A stretch of DNA of 64,000 nucleotides from Octopus sinensis. Taxonomy: Eukaryota. Positions 22,761 to 36,355 of this stretch are shown one piece after another. The stretch is from positions 63,860,001-63,924,000 of the forward strand of contig NC_042999.1 in assembly GCF_006345805.1 (NCBI RefSeq), given 5' to 3'. Both the position numbers and the translations under genes were made by a program. The notes beneath the pieces are model-generated. The model worked only from the letters and a program-made list of their open reading frames with translations, made no database searches and was not told where the DNA came from. The first letter of the stretch is position 1; every line of letters begins with the position of its first letter.

Positions 22761-25103
22761 CATGAACTTACTTCATTGGTCAGGTCTTCATGTCAGGCTT
22801 TCCCATAGTTTCTGTTTACCAAATACACTTACAAGGTATTTGATAAACCTGAATCTATAGAAGAGACACTTATTCAAGGTGCCACACAACAGGACTGAAC
22901 CTGAAACCATCTGGTTGGGAAGCAAACTCCTTACCCAACAACCATGTGTAATAACAAATAAAGTAACAATCCTGGGTGAAGGATCAGTAGAATTCTTAGA
23001 GCATCAGATGAGATTTGTGCTGACATTTTGTGTTCTGAGTCCTTAATCCATTGTCTAGTTTAATACTACTACTTGGCGCTGGAGTGTTTTTAGTGGAGTT
23101 CACTCTGCTGCGGGTCTCTGAGGCCAGGTCTTTAGCTTGAGACTAATACATTACCTTTCCCCCACTGATCTTAAAGGTCCTGAAAATAAAGTGTCATGAG
23201 TACAGCTCTCCCCTTCCTGACTAAGAGGTAAAATTAAATTAAAAATTTTTAATAACCAATTACAATTGGAATTTGAATTTAAATCAGCAGCAGACCTATA
23301 CTCTAGTACAGGCACAGACAAACCTTTTTTTAGCAGCACACTGCAGGAGATGTGACCTATCATCAGGCAGACCACGCTACTAAAAATAACACAAATTTTA
23401 CATTAGGCGTGTCATTCAGAAAGTCCTGCAAACTGCAGCTTGCTCATGACTGTTCTAGAATGGTGAAAGGAAAACAGAGAAGTTAAAACAGAGGGCAATG
23501 AAGCCAAAAGTGATTTTATATTTTTATTCTGTTAATTCATTTATATTCTATTTTCTATATTTGTTTGTATTCTATTAAAACAAAAAAACAACTCTACAAA
23601 AGCATCTTAACCCTTTAGCATTTAATCCAGCCATATCCGCCCCAAGTATTATGCTTGTTTTATAATTAAAACTAATCATATCCAACATCTCACACCTACC
23701 CTACAATGTCATTCTAAAAATATACAAACACACAACTGAAACCTTGAAACTACAAAGAGAATGTGATTAATTTAAAACAGACAAAAAAATCCGAATGCTA
23801 AATGCTAGATTTACCCCCAACCTATCCCATTAAACATTTTACTCAATATTTCTTTGTAACTTTTAACTCCACTCAAGATTTCCTTCTAACCACTAATCTG
23901 CAACAACTGAAAATAAAATTAACAATAAACTTATTCCATCCAGTAATATTGGCTCTGAGCCAAGAAATATCAAGGTGGGGAACCAACAAAATGAAAAAAG
24001 AAAATAGAAAATACACTGTAAAATATATATGTAAAAAAAAAAAAAAAATTAAGGAGTGGGAGGAAAAATTCCCTAAACAGATTCTGAAGTACTTACAAAA
24101 GATAACTAATAAAAATTTCAATTAAAAAACATTTAATTGTCTTAAAATGGAGAGCATGTATTATCATACTTAAAAAGCAACACATTTATATAGACACAGA
24201 CTAATAAAGAAGTCATCAATAAATAATCTGCTTCATATATAAATATTGCTCTCTCTCTCTCTCACTCACACATACACAAATAACTGATATTTTTGTAAGG
24301 GAAATAAATATACACTGAAAATGGCACAACAACCTAATTTTCAATCCAACATATTTAAACAGTCGGCAAATGTCAAAGGTCATGAGAGAATAGAGAAAAG
24401 AATTTTTAAATGCAAAACAATTTCCAAAGCTGAGAAGATATATGACAGAAGTGGCAGAGGAATAAATAACAGAAGCAAAACAATAACGACGAGGGTAAAT
24501 AATTAGTGAAATCACACACACTATATATGTGTGTGTGTGTACGCGTGCTTGTACATACACATAAGTATACATATGTACACACCCACTCATATATAGAGAG
24601 AGAGAGCAATGACACTACTAGAACGTGGGTAGATAACTCAATATCATGTGACTGCAAAAAAGTAAAAACAAAACTAACAAACAAAAACTACAACTTCCAT
24701 TTCTAAACTGAAAGAGAAGAAAAGAGAGGAGTCGGCATTAGTAGATCCATAAGAAAAGAGAAGCCAGTGACATCAGATATATTTTTGTTTCTTTGAGAAG
24801 TTGAGTTCAATTGAGTTCTATATAAATCATAACAAATGCTTTGAAGTACTGTAAAAATTACATTACGAGCCAAAACGGACTATTGGTATAATTATAAGTA
24901 AGGAATTCAGATAAAAAAATCTTTCAAGTTCACCTTTTTATGGCTATATTTATAACGAAATACAAAGTCCATATGATTCAATAAATTTTGATAAAATAAT
25001 TAACAGTCTGAAAGTAATTAAGTAAAATAGCTAAATTTTTAATTCATTGGGTGGCGATGGTAGTGGATATTTAGCTCCAAGTTGGCCTTGCTTGAACAAT
25101 ATC

Positions 25104-25321
25104 TATTTCTTTACTACCCACAAGGGGCTAAACACAGAGAGGACAAACAGATTAAGTCAATTACATTGACCCCAGTGTGTAACTGGTACTTAATTTATTG
25201 ACCCCGAAAAGATGAAAGGCAAAGTTGACCTCGGTGGAATTTGAACTCAGAACGTAACAGCAGACAAAATACAGCTACACATTTCGCCCAGCGTGCTAAC
25301 GTTTCTGCCAGCTCGCCGCCT
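25104..25321 (-). mobile_element. tRNA-derived SINE family B (probably octopus OR1-type), full length
   Basis: GGCGGCGAGCTGGCAGAAACG A-box head, GAGTTCAAATTC B-box, CCCTTGTGGGTAGTAAAGAAATA tail. Family name is from recollection. Confidence 0.9.
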
Positions 25322-25407
25322 TCTCGATCTATGATCAAAGGTGTTGTAATTGCAACCATCACTTATTTTCTTTTTTTCAAGCACTAATCTACATTATCTT
25401 TTATAGC

Positions 25408-26046
25408 GGACATAATGGAAATTAATATGCACAAGTCAAATTTTGTGACATCACTACATCACATATGAAAAATAACATTGCTTAAATGGCAGCCATTTTT
25501 GGCTTCATACATCCATGCTCTTCCTAAAACTTTTGGTCATTCAAAGTAGACCTCATGGTTCCAGCAAGATGGGGCAACTGTTCATACCACACGGGAAACA
25601 ATGCAGTTGCTATGGCAGTGCTTTGGAGAGAGAATAATCTCCCACTATGGCAATGTCAAACTGGCCTTCACATTCCCCAGACTTGACTAGTATGGATTTT
25701 TTCTAGTGGGGGATACTGGAAAAAGAGGGTTTACGTCAACAAAATCAAGACCTTGGTGCAACTGAAGGAGAACATCAATAGAGAAATCAGAGAAATGGGG
25801 TCTGAAACTCTTGAGGGGTATTATGGTGTAAGTTTTAGAAAAAGCAAAGGGCATGCAAAGCTGAAATTGGCTGCCATTTAAGCGATGTCATTTTCCATAT
25901 GTGATGTAATGGTGTCACAAAATTTGACTTGTGCATATTAATTTCCATTATGTCCATTATATTGTATCAAAATTTCATGCATTTATTTGTAAGGTTAAGG
26001 AAGTTATTAAAAATTGAAACCCACCAGTGACTTTTGAAACACCCTG
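25408..26046 (+). mobile_element. Tc1/mariner 3' half with transposase relic
   Basis: WFQQDGATVHT..WPSHSPDLTSMDFF*WG..KRVYVNK; right TIR CTTTTGAAACACCCTG followed by TA. Confidence 0.88.
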
Positions 26047-26349
26047 TATATACATACAATGGGCTTCTTTCAGTTTCCATCTACCAAATCTAATCACAAG
26101 GCTTTGGTCAGCCAGGGTTATAGTAGAAGACATATGCTCAAGGTAGAGACTGAACCAAAGACCACATGGTTAGGAAGCAAGTTTCTCAACCACAAAACCA
26201 TTCTTGCCCCAATTTATATATAAATAATAATCAGACATATGTTATTTGTTTAACCCACATCACCTTTAACTCTGATGGTTTCAGCCATGACCATCCCACA
26301 TTTTAAAGTTTTGTTTCTAGGCCACAGTATATCTAGAACTACAGTACCG

Positions 26350-26715
26350 AATACTCTTTTACTTGCTTCAGTCATTTGACTGCGGCCATGCTGGAGCACC
26401 GCCTTTAGTTGAGCAAATCGACCCCAGGACTTATTCTTTGTAAGCCTAGTACTTATTCTATCGGTCTATTTTGCCGAACCGCTAAGTTACGGGGACGTAA
26501 ACACACCACCATCGGTTGTCAAGCGATATTGGGGGAGGGGGATAAACAGACATATATATATATGATGGGCTTCTTTCAGTTTCCATCTACCAAATCCACT
26601 CACAAGGCTTTGGTTGGCCCGAGGCTATAGTAGAAGACACTTTCCACGCAGTGGGACTGAACCCAGAACCATGTGGTTGGTAAGCGAGCTACTAACCACA
26701 CAGCCATGCCTGCAC
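26350..26715 (-). mobile_element. SINE family A
   Basis: Full head and tail in reverse orientation. Confidence 0.9.
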
Positions 26716-27039
26716 ACCCTTTTTTACTATAATAGTATGATGAGGGAGATTTAACAATTATTTCTAGCAGGATGATATACCACTTAGAGGCTCAATTGTT
26801 GGCTTTGCCATATTAAAACTCATACACCAAACAGTCTCAGTCTTACTGTAAAATCTGTTTCATGCAAGCTGTTTCAATAACGACAATGAAAACATCCGGT
26901 TACTCTGATCAATACCATTCTCATGCCCTGAAAATATTTCACAGTAAATACTATCATCATTGCTTTAATGTCCACTTTAAATATGCTTGACGATGATGGG
27001 CTTCCACACAGTTTCCATTATCAAATTTCACTATATGCC

Positions 27040-27346
27040 AGTGGCATGTAAAAAGCACCAACCGATCGTGGCCGTTGCCAGCCTCGCCTGGCATCTGTCC
27101 CGGTGGCACATAAAACGCACCAACCAATTGTGGCCGTTGCCAGCCTCGCCTGGCATCTGTGCCAGTGGCACGTAAAATTCACCCACTACACTCAGGGAAT
27201 GGTTGGCGTTAGGAAGGGCATCCAGCTATAGAAACGCTGCCAGATCAGAATGGAGCCTGGTGCAGCCTCCTGGCTTCCCAGGCCCCAGTCGAACCGTCCA
27301 ACCCATGCTAGCATGGAAAGCGGACGTTAAACGATGATGATGATGA
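27040..27346 (+). mobile_element. RTE-tail element
   Basis: Duplicated UTR units and tail. Confidence 0.88.
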
Positions 27347-28400
27347 CTATCAATGCATTGGTAAACCCAGGGATATGGTAGTAAAGCCTTTTCTCAAGAT
27401 GTCATGCACTAAGATCAAACTTGGTGCCACTTAGTTAGGAAATGAAATATTTTAGTGTTTCTTGGTGGAAACCTTCAAGATGTTTAAAATTTAAATATCT
27501 GCTTATTAACCAGTCCTATTTGTTTTGTTTTTAAATGACTAAACATCAGTTCTTTGGCAAAATGACAGACAGAATTTCTGTTAGAATACTATGAGGTTAA
27601 CAAATTTTTTTTTTTTTTATGTGTGTAAATTATCAGATGGAAACTGAAAGAAGCTTGTTGTGCATGTGCACATCCCCTTGTTTTGACATTATGATAACTG
27701 TAAATGAGTGCCACTGTTATACAAGCAGTGTCATTAATTTCCAATATTCTGTGGAAACTTTACCTTGCTTGGAAGTGGGTAAGGGTTGGCATTGCTTGGA
27801 AATGGGTATCAGTTTGGCAACAGAAAGGGCACCTAGCATAGAAAAATATGCCTCAATAAACTGAACCATGCAAGCATGGAAAAGTAGATGTTATGATGAT
27901 AGCTCAACAAGGGAATATGAGGGTGAAAAAAATTGGAATGAATGTGTGTGTGTAGGTAGATGGATAATTAAATGATTCTTTAAAACTTTGGTCAGAAGGA
28001 ATACCAACAGAATTGTTAAAAGAATTGCCAACACAGTATAAAGGTGAAACCAAAATGCTTGGTGGCATTTTGTCCATCTTTGTGCTTTGAGTTCAAATTC
28101 CACGAAGGTTGACTTTGCCTTTCATCTTTTTGGGGGTCAATGAAATAAGTACCAGTTGAACTCGGGGGAGGGAGGGGGTCTGATGTAATCGACTTACTCT
28201 CCCGGCTGAAGTTGCTGACCTTGCATCAAGATTTGAAATCAATATATAGGAGTGGCTGTGTGGTAAGAAGCTTGCTACCCAACCACATGGTTCCGGTTTC
28301 GGTCCCACTGTGTGGAACCTTGAACAAGTGTCTTCTTCCACAGCCTCAGGCCAACCAAAGTCTTGTGAGTGGAATTGGTAGATGGAAACTGAAAGAAGCT

Positions 28401-28436
<36 letters not shown>

Positions 28437-28439
<3 letters not shown>

Positions 28440-28680
28440 CTTTTAACATCTGCTTTCCATGCTGGCATGGGTTGGATGGTTTGACTGACAACTGGCAAGC
28501 CAGGAGGCTGCACTAGGCTCCAGTCTGATCTGGCAAGGTTTCTACAGTTGGATGCCCTTCCTAATGCCAACCACTCGGAGAGTGTAGCGAGTGCTTTTTA
28601 CATGCCACCAGCAAGGGGGCCAATCAGGTGGTAATGGCATTGACCATGCTCAAATGATGCTTTTTACATGCCACCGGCTG
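28437..28680 (-). mobile_element. RTE-tail element nested in a SINE cluster
   Basis: Reverse complement of the tail, adjacent to (TA)n. Confidence 0.8.
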
Positions 28681-29184
28681 GGGTCGATAAATTAAGTACC
28701 AGTTGCATGCTGGGGTCAATGAAATCGACTGGCCTCCTCCCCCAAAATTTCAGGCCTTGTGCCTAGAGTAGAAAAGAATATACATATATATGTATATGCA
28801 TGTTTTTCCCTCCACTATCACCTGACAGCTGATGTTGGTGTGTTTACATCCCCGTAACTTAGTTTGGCAAAGGATACTGATAGAATAAGTACTAGGCTTA
28901 CAAAGAACAAGTCCTGGAGTCGATTTGTTCAACTTAAGGTAGTGCTCAGCATAGCTGCAGTCAAATGACTGAAGCAAGTAAAAGAGCATACATTTCAAGG
29001 CAGTGAGCTGGCAGAATCGTTAGCAGCATTTCAGGGCTCAAATTCTGTTGAGGTTGACTTTGCTTTTCATCCTTTCGGGGTTGATAAATTAAGTATCAGA
29101 TGAGTACTGGGCACTGTAATCGACTTACCCCACCCACCACTAAATTGCTGAAATTTGAAACCAACATATGGATATATTTCCTGA

Positions 29185-29832
29185 GAGTGGCTGTGTGGTA
29201 AGTAGCTTGCTAACCAACCACATGGCTCTGGGTTCAGTCCCACTGTGTGGCACCTTGGGCAAGTTTCTTCTGCTATAGCCTCGGGCTGGCCAAAGCCTTG
29301 TGAGTGGATTTGGTAAATGGAAACTGAAAGAAGCCGGTCAAATATATATAAATATCATCATCATCATCATCGTTTAGCGTCCGTTTTCCATGCTAGCATG
29401 GGTTGGACGGTTCAACTGGGGTCTGTGAAGCCAGAAGGCTTCATCAGGCCCAGTCAGATCTGGCAGTGTTTCTATGGCTGGATGCCCTTCTTAACGCCAA
29501 CCACTCCGTGAGTGTAGTGGGTGCTTTTTACGTGCCACCCGCACAGGTGCCAGACAGAGCTGGCAAACGGCCATATATATATGTGTGTGTGTGTGGTGTG
29601 TGTGTGTGTGTGTGTGTATGTATATATGTTTGTGTGTGTGTTTGTCCTCCCAACATCGCTTGACAACTGATGGTGGTGTGTTTACGTCCCCGTAACTTAG
29701 TTTGGCAAAAGAAACCAATAGAATAAGTACTAGGCCTACAAAGAATTAGTCCTGGGGTTGATTTGCTCGACTAAAGGCGGTGCTCCAGCATGGCCACAGT
29801 CAAATGACTGAAACAAGTAAAAGAGTAAAAAG
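29185..29832 (+). mobile_element. tRNA-derived SINE family A (probably octopus OR2-type), interrupted
   Basis: GGCTGTGTGGTAAG A-box head, GGTTCAGTCC B-box-like motif, internal microsatellite, GACTGAAACAAGTAAAAGAG tail. Family name is from recollection. Confidence 0.88.
29353..29572 (-). mobile_element. RTE-tail element inserted in the internal microsatellite of a family-A SINE
   Basis: SINE head lies before it and SINE tail after it. Confidence 0.88.
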
Positions 29833-32589
29833 AGATATCCACTGTAGTTGAATAAATGAATCACAACTTAATCGCCACCCTTTGTTATAATAATCCATCA
29901 TAACAATGTACAGTTTCAAACCTATGTGTGTATAACACTTTGTCAGAGTTGTAAATTTAGTCACAGGTCAGCCCTGATCAAGCAGACCCATGTTCAAAGA
30001 GAGTCTAGCCATGACTATTCCATTTTTATTTTCATGTAATGTAAAGATAAAACTTCCCAGGAGGGTGACATATGAGAGATTCTCTCACTGGCACATGTTT
30101 GTCAAAGTAAAATCTGCTTGTGTAACAAAGCAGCTGTCTAATGCTGTGTGTGTGTGTGTGTGTGTGTGTAGGAGGCTGAGTTCCACGTGATGATTCATGA
30201 CTTAATATAAAAAAAAAGTGCACTAGAAATAGCAGTCAAATATCCCTCATAACACAAGGACATTGGAACGTGTAGTTCTAAACATAGAAGATTGAATACC
30301 TTTGATCACAGTCCAGCTTAATCAGGACTTGAAATTCATCAAATAACAATAATACTAAAATGCAATTACAATTAAAAGAGGACCACACCTTCTTTATTCA
30401 TAAACAATACACATGTAGGACTCTCAAATTGACCCTTTATTCATCAGGTTTAATTAAAGCAGTAAGAGCAATGCCCAAAATTTTTTTCAAGGTTTCTGAA
30501 GCTGGAGACAGTGGAACCTGTTAAAGGCAGCCAAAGGCCAATATACACTGCTTTACAACCACTGTTCCCTCCTAAAGTTTGTGTACATGCTCATGTTTTG
30601 GAATCATAGTCCAAAAGTTAATTACCTAAAATAATGTAGTAATTTATATACTAATTATACATTCTATACATACATCAATTTGTTACAAGACAAAGAAAAA
30701 AAAATGCTGTGTAACTAACAATTAAAAATCAAAGGGAACATTATTTCTCCTAATCTCTGGATGATTATTCAAGGTGACCTCACATTTACATCATTGCCAG
30801 TGTGTTCAAAAGGCAAGGCCTCATCTTCAGTACCAGAACATACTTAGGCACTAAACAGCAGCTGACGCTACACTAAGTGCAAATGTAACCCATATAAAAT
30901 TATTCCTACACATCTGGGATGGGACGGTGCTGCTAACACATGCACACTACATTCCTAAACTACGTAATGCCTGCAAGATTTCACAGCTCTAGCATCACTC
31001 CTTTGTAGTCAACCTATAAACTTTCCAGCACACTCTCATACATTAAAACAGACAATGTGAAGGATTGACAAGCATTTCTCTCCACAAACACACATTCATG
31101 AGCATTTATACCAGCACACTGATTAGTGTACTATTACAATAGCAGCTGATGCACACTTCCAGGCCATGGTGCCCTAAGTCATACAGACTTATGATCATAG
31201 GTGTTCCAGTTTTTCTTTTTTTGTTTCTTTTGATGCGATTTAGGGGAGGTTTGAGGAGCAATCACTGAAGATCCAAGATGATCTTGCCTACATTTTCTCT
31301 GCAGCTATGAAATGTAACCAGTCCAAGAAGTGGACAGTATGCAGAGATTATAAAGGTTTCTCTCAGCCATAAACGTATTGTGAAAAGAATGGATACTGCC
31401 AGGCTGTCTTCTAGAAACACCACATAAAAAGACTGTGCTTACCACTACAAACCAATGAAATATGGGACTGGCATCATGTTAGGCCTGATTTTGATTATCA
31501 ATACTCCAAGCATGATAGAATTAATTCACATAGCTAAAACAATAAATCAAAGATTGCAACTATACTCTTCTCTTAAAGTCAGATTGACACCACTATTGAA
31601 AGTCCTGTTAAAGAGAGTATTTCCAATTGAATGGTCACATATTCAAACTTTGCTGCTACAGGCATGGGCATATCCTCTTTGGACAGGAGGAAAAGCTGCT
31701 TGCTTTAGTTTTCCCAGCTGACACATACTTCTCTCTTATGCTATAAGCAAGCATTTAATGCTTAGAAGAGCATCCAATCTTACCACACCAGACATACTCT
31801 AACTATAAGCAAATGTACAGAACTCTTGTATGGGAAAACAAAAACAGAAATAAAAACAAACCCTGATTATTTAGCTTTAATCAACATTTTAAAATAAGTT
31901 GTTATCAATTATATTAGCTTAAATTACAAAAAAGTCTATAAAACATTTTAATAATGTGTGACCTACATTTTGGACGCGAAATAAATGTTACAAGCTTTCA
32001 AACATTAAGTTCATAAGGAGTTTCGGAGCAGTACTCGTGACTTGTTGGTCCTCTAAGATTGATAAGATTGATATGGTTGATCTCCATTTTCGCCCGGATG
32101 GATTAGTTTGGAATAAAAGTTCTTATGGACACAAAGTCCGAGATTGTGTATGTATGGCTGTTGCTGATAAGACATCTCCCTCACTGAAGACTCCAATCTA
32201 TTGCCATTAAATAATGCAATATGGACATCTCGGGAGATTTTTGGACTAGCTATCATTTGTTGATGTCTGTGTGTTTGCATAGAATACAGCAGGATATTTC
32301 ACATACTTACTGAGGTTAAAAGGGTGAAGGTGGTGGCATATTTGTCACAGTGAAGAATTAATATTACTAAGAAGCTTAAATAATAGAAACATACAAATTG
32401 AAGTTGATTCAGTGAACTATGGTCTCTTTTTAGAACAGTTGCCTCATATATTTAGGGGTAAATAAAGCAGTATTTGTCAACACGAGAAGAAAAGAATTAG
32501 TGATCAAGAGGAAAAATACCAAAGACAGATGAATTACAGAAGCACTGAACTTGTAACTTGTGATATATTTTATAGAACATAAAATATGT

Positions 32590-32790
32590 CTCTTTATTAC
32601 CCACAAGGGGCTAAATACAGAGGGGACAAACGAATTAAGTCGACTCCAGTGCATAACTGGTACTTAATTTATCGACCCCGAAAGGATGAAAGGCAAAGTT
32701 GACCTCGGCAGAATTTGAACTCAGAACGTAATGGCAGACGAAATACGGCTACGCATTTCGCCCGGCGTGCTAACAGTTCTGCCAGCTCAT
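32590..32790 (-). mobile_element. SINE family B
   Basis: Reverse copy. Confidence 0.88.
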
Positions 32791-34399
32791 ATTAGGAACA
32801 TCTTCCTAGCTTTCAACAAAGTCATATGCATGAAGGCTTTACCTATCTCTCTCTCTCTCTCTCATGATATCACACACAGAGTTTATTTTGTGGTAATGAA
32901 ACAAAAGAGTTCAATAAACCTTCATGTTAAGAAATGTAGAATGAAATATGTTTAAATAATAGTGTAAACATGATTACATTATCTGAATCAAAGTCTCAGT
33001 CAATCAACCTTTTGGTTGACTTATTCTCAAATTTGACGCATACAGTCAATAAATAGGCTGCTGAATCTTGGTTTGGATACATAATCCTGCTTACCTTGCA
33101 TATGGGTCTAGCTAGCTATCTGATAGAAACTTGCCTGTCGTCGTAACTTCACTTTTCATAACTGGAGAACAACTTTAGTCTGAAATATCACTATGTTGAA
33201 ATAAAGAGGAATTGGAATGCCTTTCATTATGTCTGCTGCTTTAATCAAGGCTGATCTGCTGCTACTCAACATATGGTCCATGATCCTGCTTTTAGCTTCA
33301 AAAATATCAACAAGGATCATCGAATGTTTAAACTAATTAGCAATGGGTTTTTTTTTAATCATTTTTGTTCAAACCAGACAGTTGAGTATATAGTGCTTGA
33401 ATGGAATTTTGAGATCCTAATGTTTTTCTCAGTCATATTGCATTACATATATGGGTAGACATGACCTCAGATCAGCATTCCAGTCATGACCATCTTATTT
33501 TTTATTTAGACAGGTTACAAAGTATTATATCAATTAATGTATCCTTTCCCTCTAAAGAAAGTAGGATACGACTTGAAGGAGACTCAGCTGCTATTTCCAG
33601 CAAGCCAAGCAACTGAACAGAGACAAACCATTGGACATAAAAACTTAATAATTTTTACCTTCCCTCACTTCACACAAGTTTAAATTTGATTGTCTCTCAT
33701 TGCTGACAGTGAAACAAATACTAGCCCAATTTGGTTGATTTAATTGATATAGTAGGTTAGCTTTCAAAATCTATTACACCAATGTTAAATGAGCCTATTA
33801 CACAAGATACACGACTTTACAATTTTCTCTCTGTGTGTAGGTTAGCATAAACTACTAAAAACTTCAGAACTGTGTCACCTACACACAACTGACATAACCA
33901 GCCTTTCTTCTTTCTGTCTCACTCTTAATTACTGAAACCCTTTACTCAGTTTTTACTATCTACAACCTTATTCATTTGGAAAACTCTGTGCCCACATTTT
34001 CCCTTGCATCCTGCAGAATCCAAGCTGAGCATAATCTATATCAACTTGTCCTTCCATTGATTAATGGTAGAATAGTTACACATTTAGAAAAGACTACAAG
34101 CATACATCACTGTCCTCGTTTTATCATCCACTTTTTCATGGTTGCATGGAACAAGTGGAGTTTATTAAGTCAGATCAATGTGTATCAATACTTATTTGTT
34201 TTGATATCTTAAAGTTCTGGACCTCACATCTTGTGACCATATATCTCATCAGGGGTAATACAAGCTATTTCAGCAAGTGTCACAATAATCTCTCTGCTCT
34301 AGATAAATAGGGTTCATTGCAAGCACTAAATGACAGGCAATTACTTGAAAATGAAAGATATAGCAACCAAACTGCCCCACAAATTACATTCCACAATCT

Positions 34400-34900
34400 T
34401 AACCCCTTTGCTTGTTCAAAACATTTTCATAAGTTTACCCTAATTAGCAGGCAGCTAATTTTACCCTAATTAAGCAGGCAGCCCCAGTGTCACATGACAA
34501 CTTGCTGGGGCTGCCTGCTGGAGCCTATGCGGCAGGTATTTAAAGGGAAAATTCGACAAGTCAGTCAGTCACCGGCTGACACTCGCTGATGATACATCGA
34601 AGAGGCCAGGGAACAGAAGAAAGAAGACATGCACCCAACACCAGAGCTGAAGACACATCCGAAAGGGGGGCCCCACCACGTCAAAACGGTAGAGGAGTAG
34701 GGGCTGAAACTGGACGTGGTTCCTCCTGATGATGTCTTGAGCTAACTGGATCCTATAAAGGAGCTGTTGTGGTAGCAGACCACGAAACACGGTTGTAATT
34801 CCTGCATGTTTTCAAACTTTTAGTTAGCCCTTGTTTCGTACATTCTGAGTTAAGTCCCAGGTTACTCTGGTAACTGAAAAGAATGTTACAAATGTGTATT
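34400..34900 (+). other. GC-richer island with promoter-like signals (LTR-like, unclassified)
   Basis: 14-bp stem around GTCACATGAC, TATTTAAA at 34537, TCAGTCAGTC at 34561. Confidence 0.4.
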
Positions 34901-35171
34901 ATATATGATGCATGAACATCACATGCGATACACAGGGCAAGCATATTAGTTAAGAGAAAGGAAAGGATATTATATAATGTAATCATAGACACCCCGACAA
35001 GACGGGATAGTTCCGGTTGGAGTACTTTTGATCATAGATCAACCTAGTGCTAAACAAACTTTCCAGTTCACCAGTCAAGAGTTACAGAATTTAATTATTA
35101 CAATGATAAGTGGGTGTATGATATCAGCTATATTTGTCCTACAAAACATTTATTATACTAACAGATATACA

Positions 35172-35338
35172 TCTCTATATATATAATCGACAAAATGTCT
35201 GTGTGCGTGTCCTTTATACAAATCCACAATTTTTCAGTTAGAGGACTCGCACTTTCTATGGTCATTCAAAACTGTCCAAGGGTGGTCGTGCACATCTTTA
35301 CATTTCCCCAGTCACCCCGCAAAGCCATTAAAAAATAT
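35172..35338 (+). mobile_element. 5' half of the same Helitron-like element
   Basis: Near-identical to the reverse complement of 48450-48617; starts A|TCTCTATATATAT. Confidence 0.8.
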
Positions 35339-35514
35339 ATATACACATATAGTCTGCTGGAATGAATTGATAAGCCCACATATAACATCCAAAGGTACAT
35401 TGTTTTTTGCTCTGATGAAATTATACTCATGTCACATAAATGTAAATTTAATGTACAAATTTGTAATTAAATTGAGTATTAATTGAAATAGCTGAAAGAA
35501 GCGAAGATGAGCAG

Positions 35515-35659
35515 TGTGGTAAGTCGCTTGCTTACCAACCACATGGTTCCGGGTTCAGTCCCACTGTGTGGGACTTTGGGCAAGTGTCTTCTTCTATAGC
35601 CTCAGGCCGACCAAAACCTTGTGAGTGGATTTGGTAGATGGAAACTGAAAGAAGGCTGT

Positions 35660-35701
<42 letters not shown>

Positions 35702-36056
35702 AAAAGCAATTAAGATTCAAGTCAATTCTAATGAATTCACTTGAATGCGGTACTTAACTTAGATGCACCAGAAAACTATATGGTGTTAACCATACAGTAA
35801 TGTGGGGTAATTATAAACGAGAAAGAAGCAACAAGAATGGATTAGCTTTTAGTACAATTGTTTCATACAAAGACAGGCTTTATTAAAAGTTGCAAATATT
35901 GCAGCAGATAAAAGTGTCCCGTACTCATCAGCTTGTGTTTTAGCTGATGAGTACGGGACACTTTTATCTGCTGCAATATTTGCAACTTTTAATAAAGCCT
36001 GTCTTTGTATGAAACAATTGTACTAAAAACTAATCCATTCTTGTTGCTTCTTTCTC

Positions 36057-36113
<57 letters not shown>

Positions 36114-36355
36114 TATATATATATATATATATGTATATGTATATATATGTTTGTGTGTGTTTGCCCCCCCAACATCACTTGACAACCGATGCTGGTGTGT
36201 TTACGTCCCCGTAACTTAGCGGTTTGGCAAAAGAGACCGATAGAATAAGTACTAGGCTTACAAAGAATAAGTCCTGGGGCCGATTTGCTCGGCTAAAGGC
36301 GGTGCTCCAGCATGGCCGCAGTCAAATGACTGAAACAAGTAAAAGAGAGTAAAGA
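35515..36355 (+). mobile_element. SINE family A, interrupted by a fold-back insertion in its (TA)n
   Basis: Head at 35515-35660, tail at 36130-36355. Confidence 0.88.
35817..36058. repeat. Near-perfect hairpin, 117-bp arms, 8-nt loop
   Basis: 35817-35933 is the reverse complement of 35942-36058; one mismatch seen. Confidence 0.95.

Noticed and set aside
25240-25321. tRNA-like A/B boxes in SINE heads
   Set aside because: No cloverleaf or acceptor stem; they continue into SINE bodies, so they are not tRNA genes.
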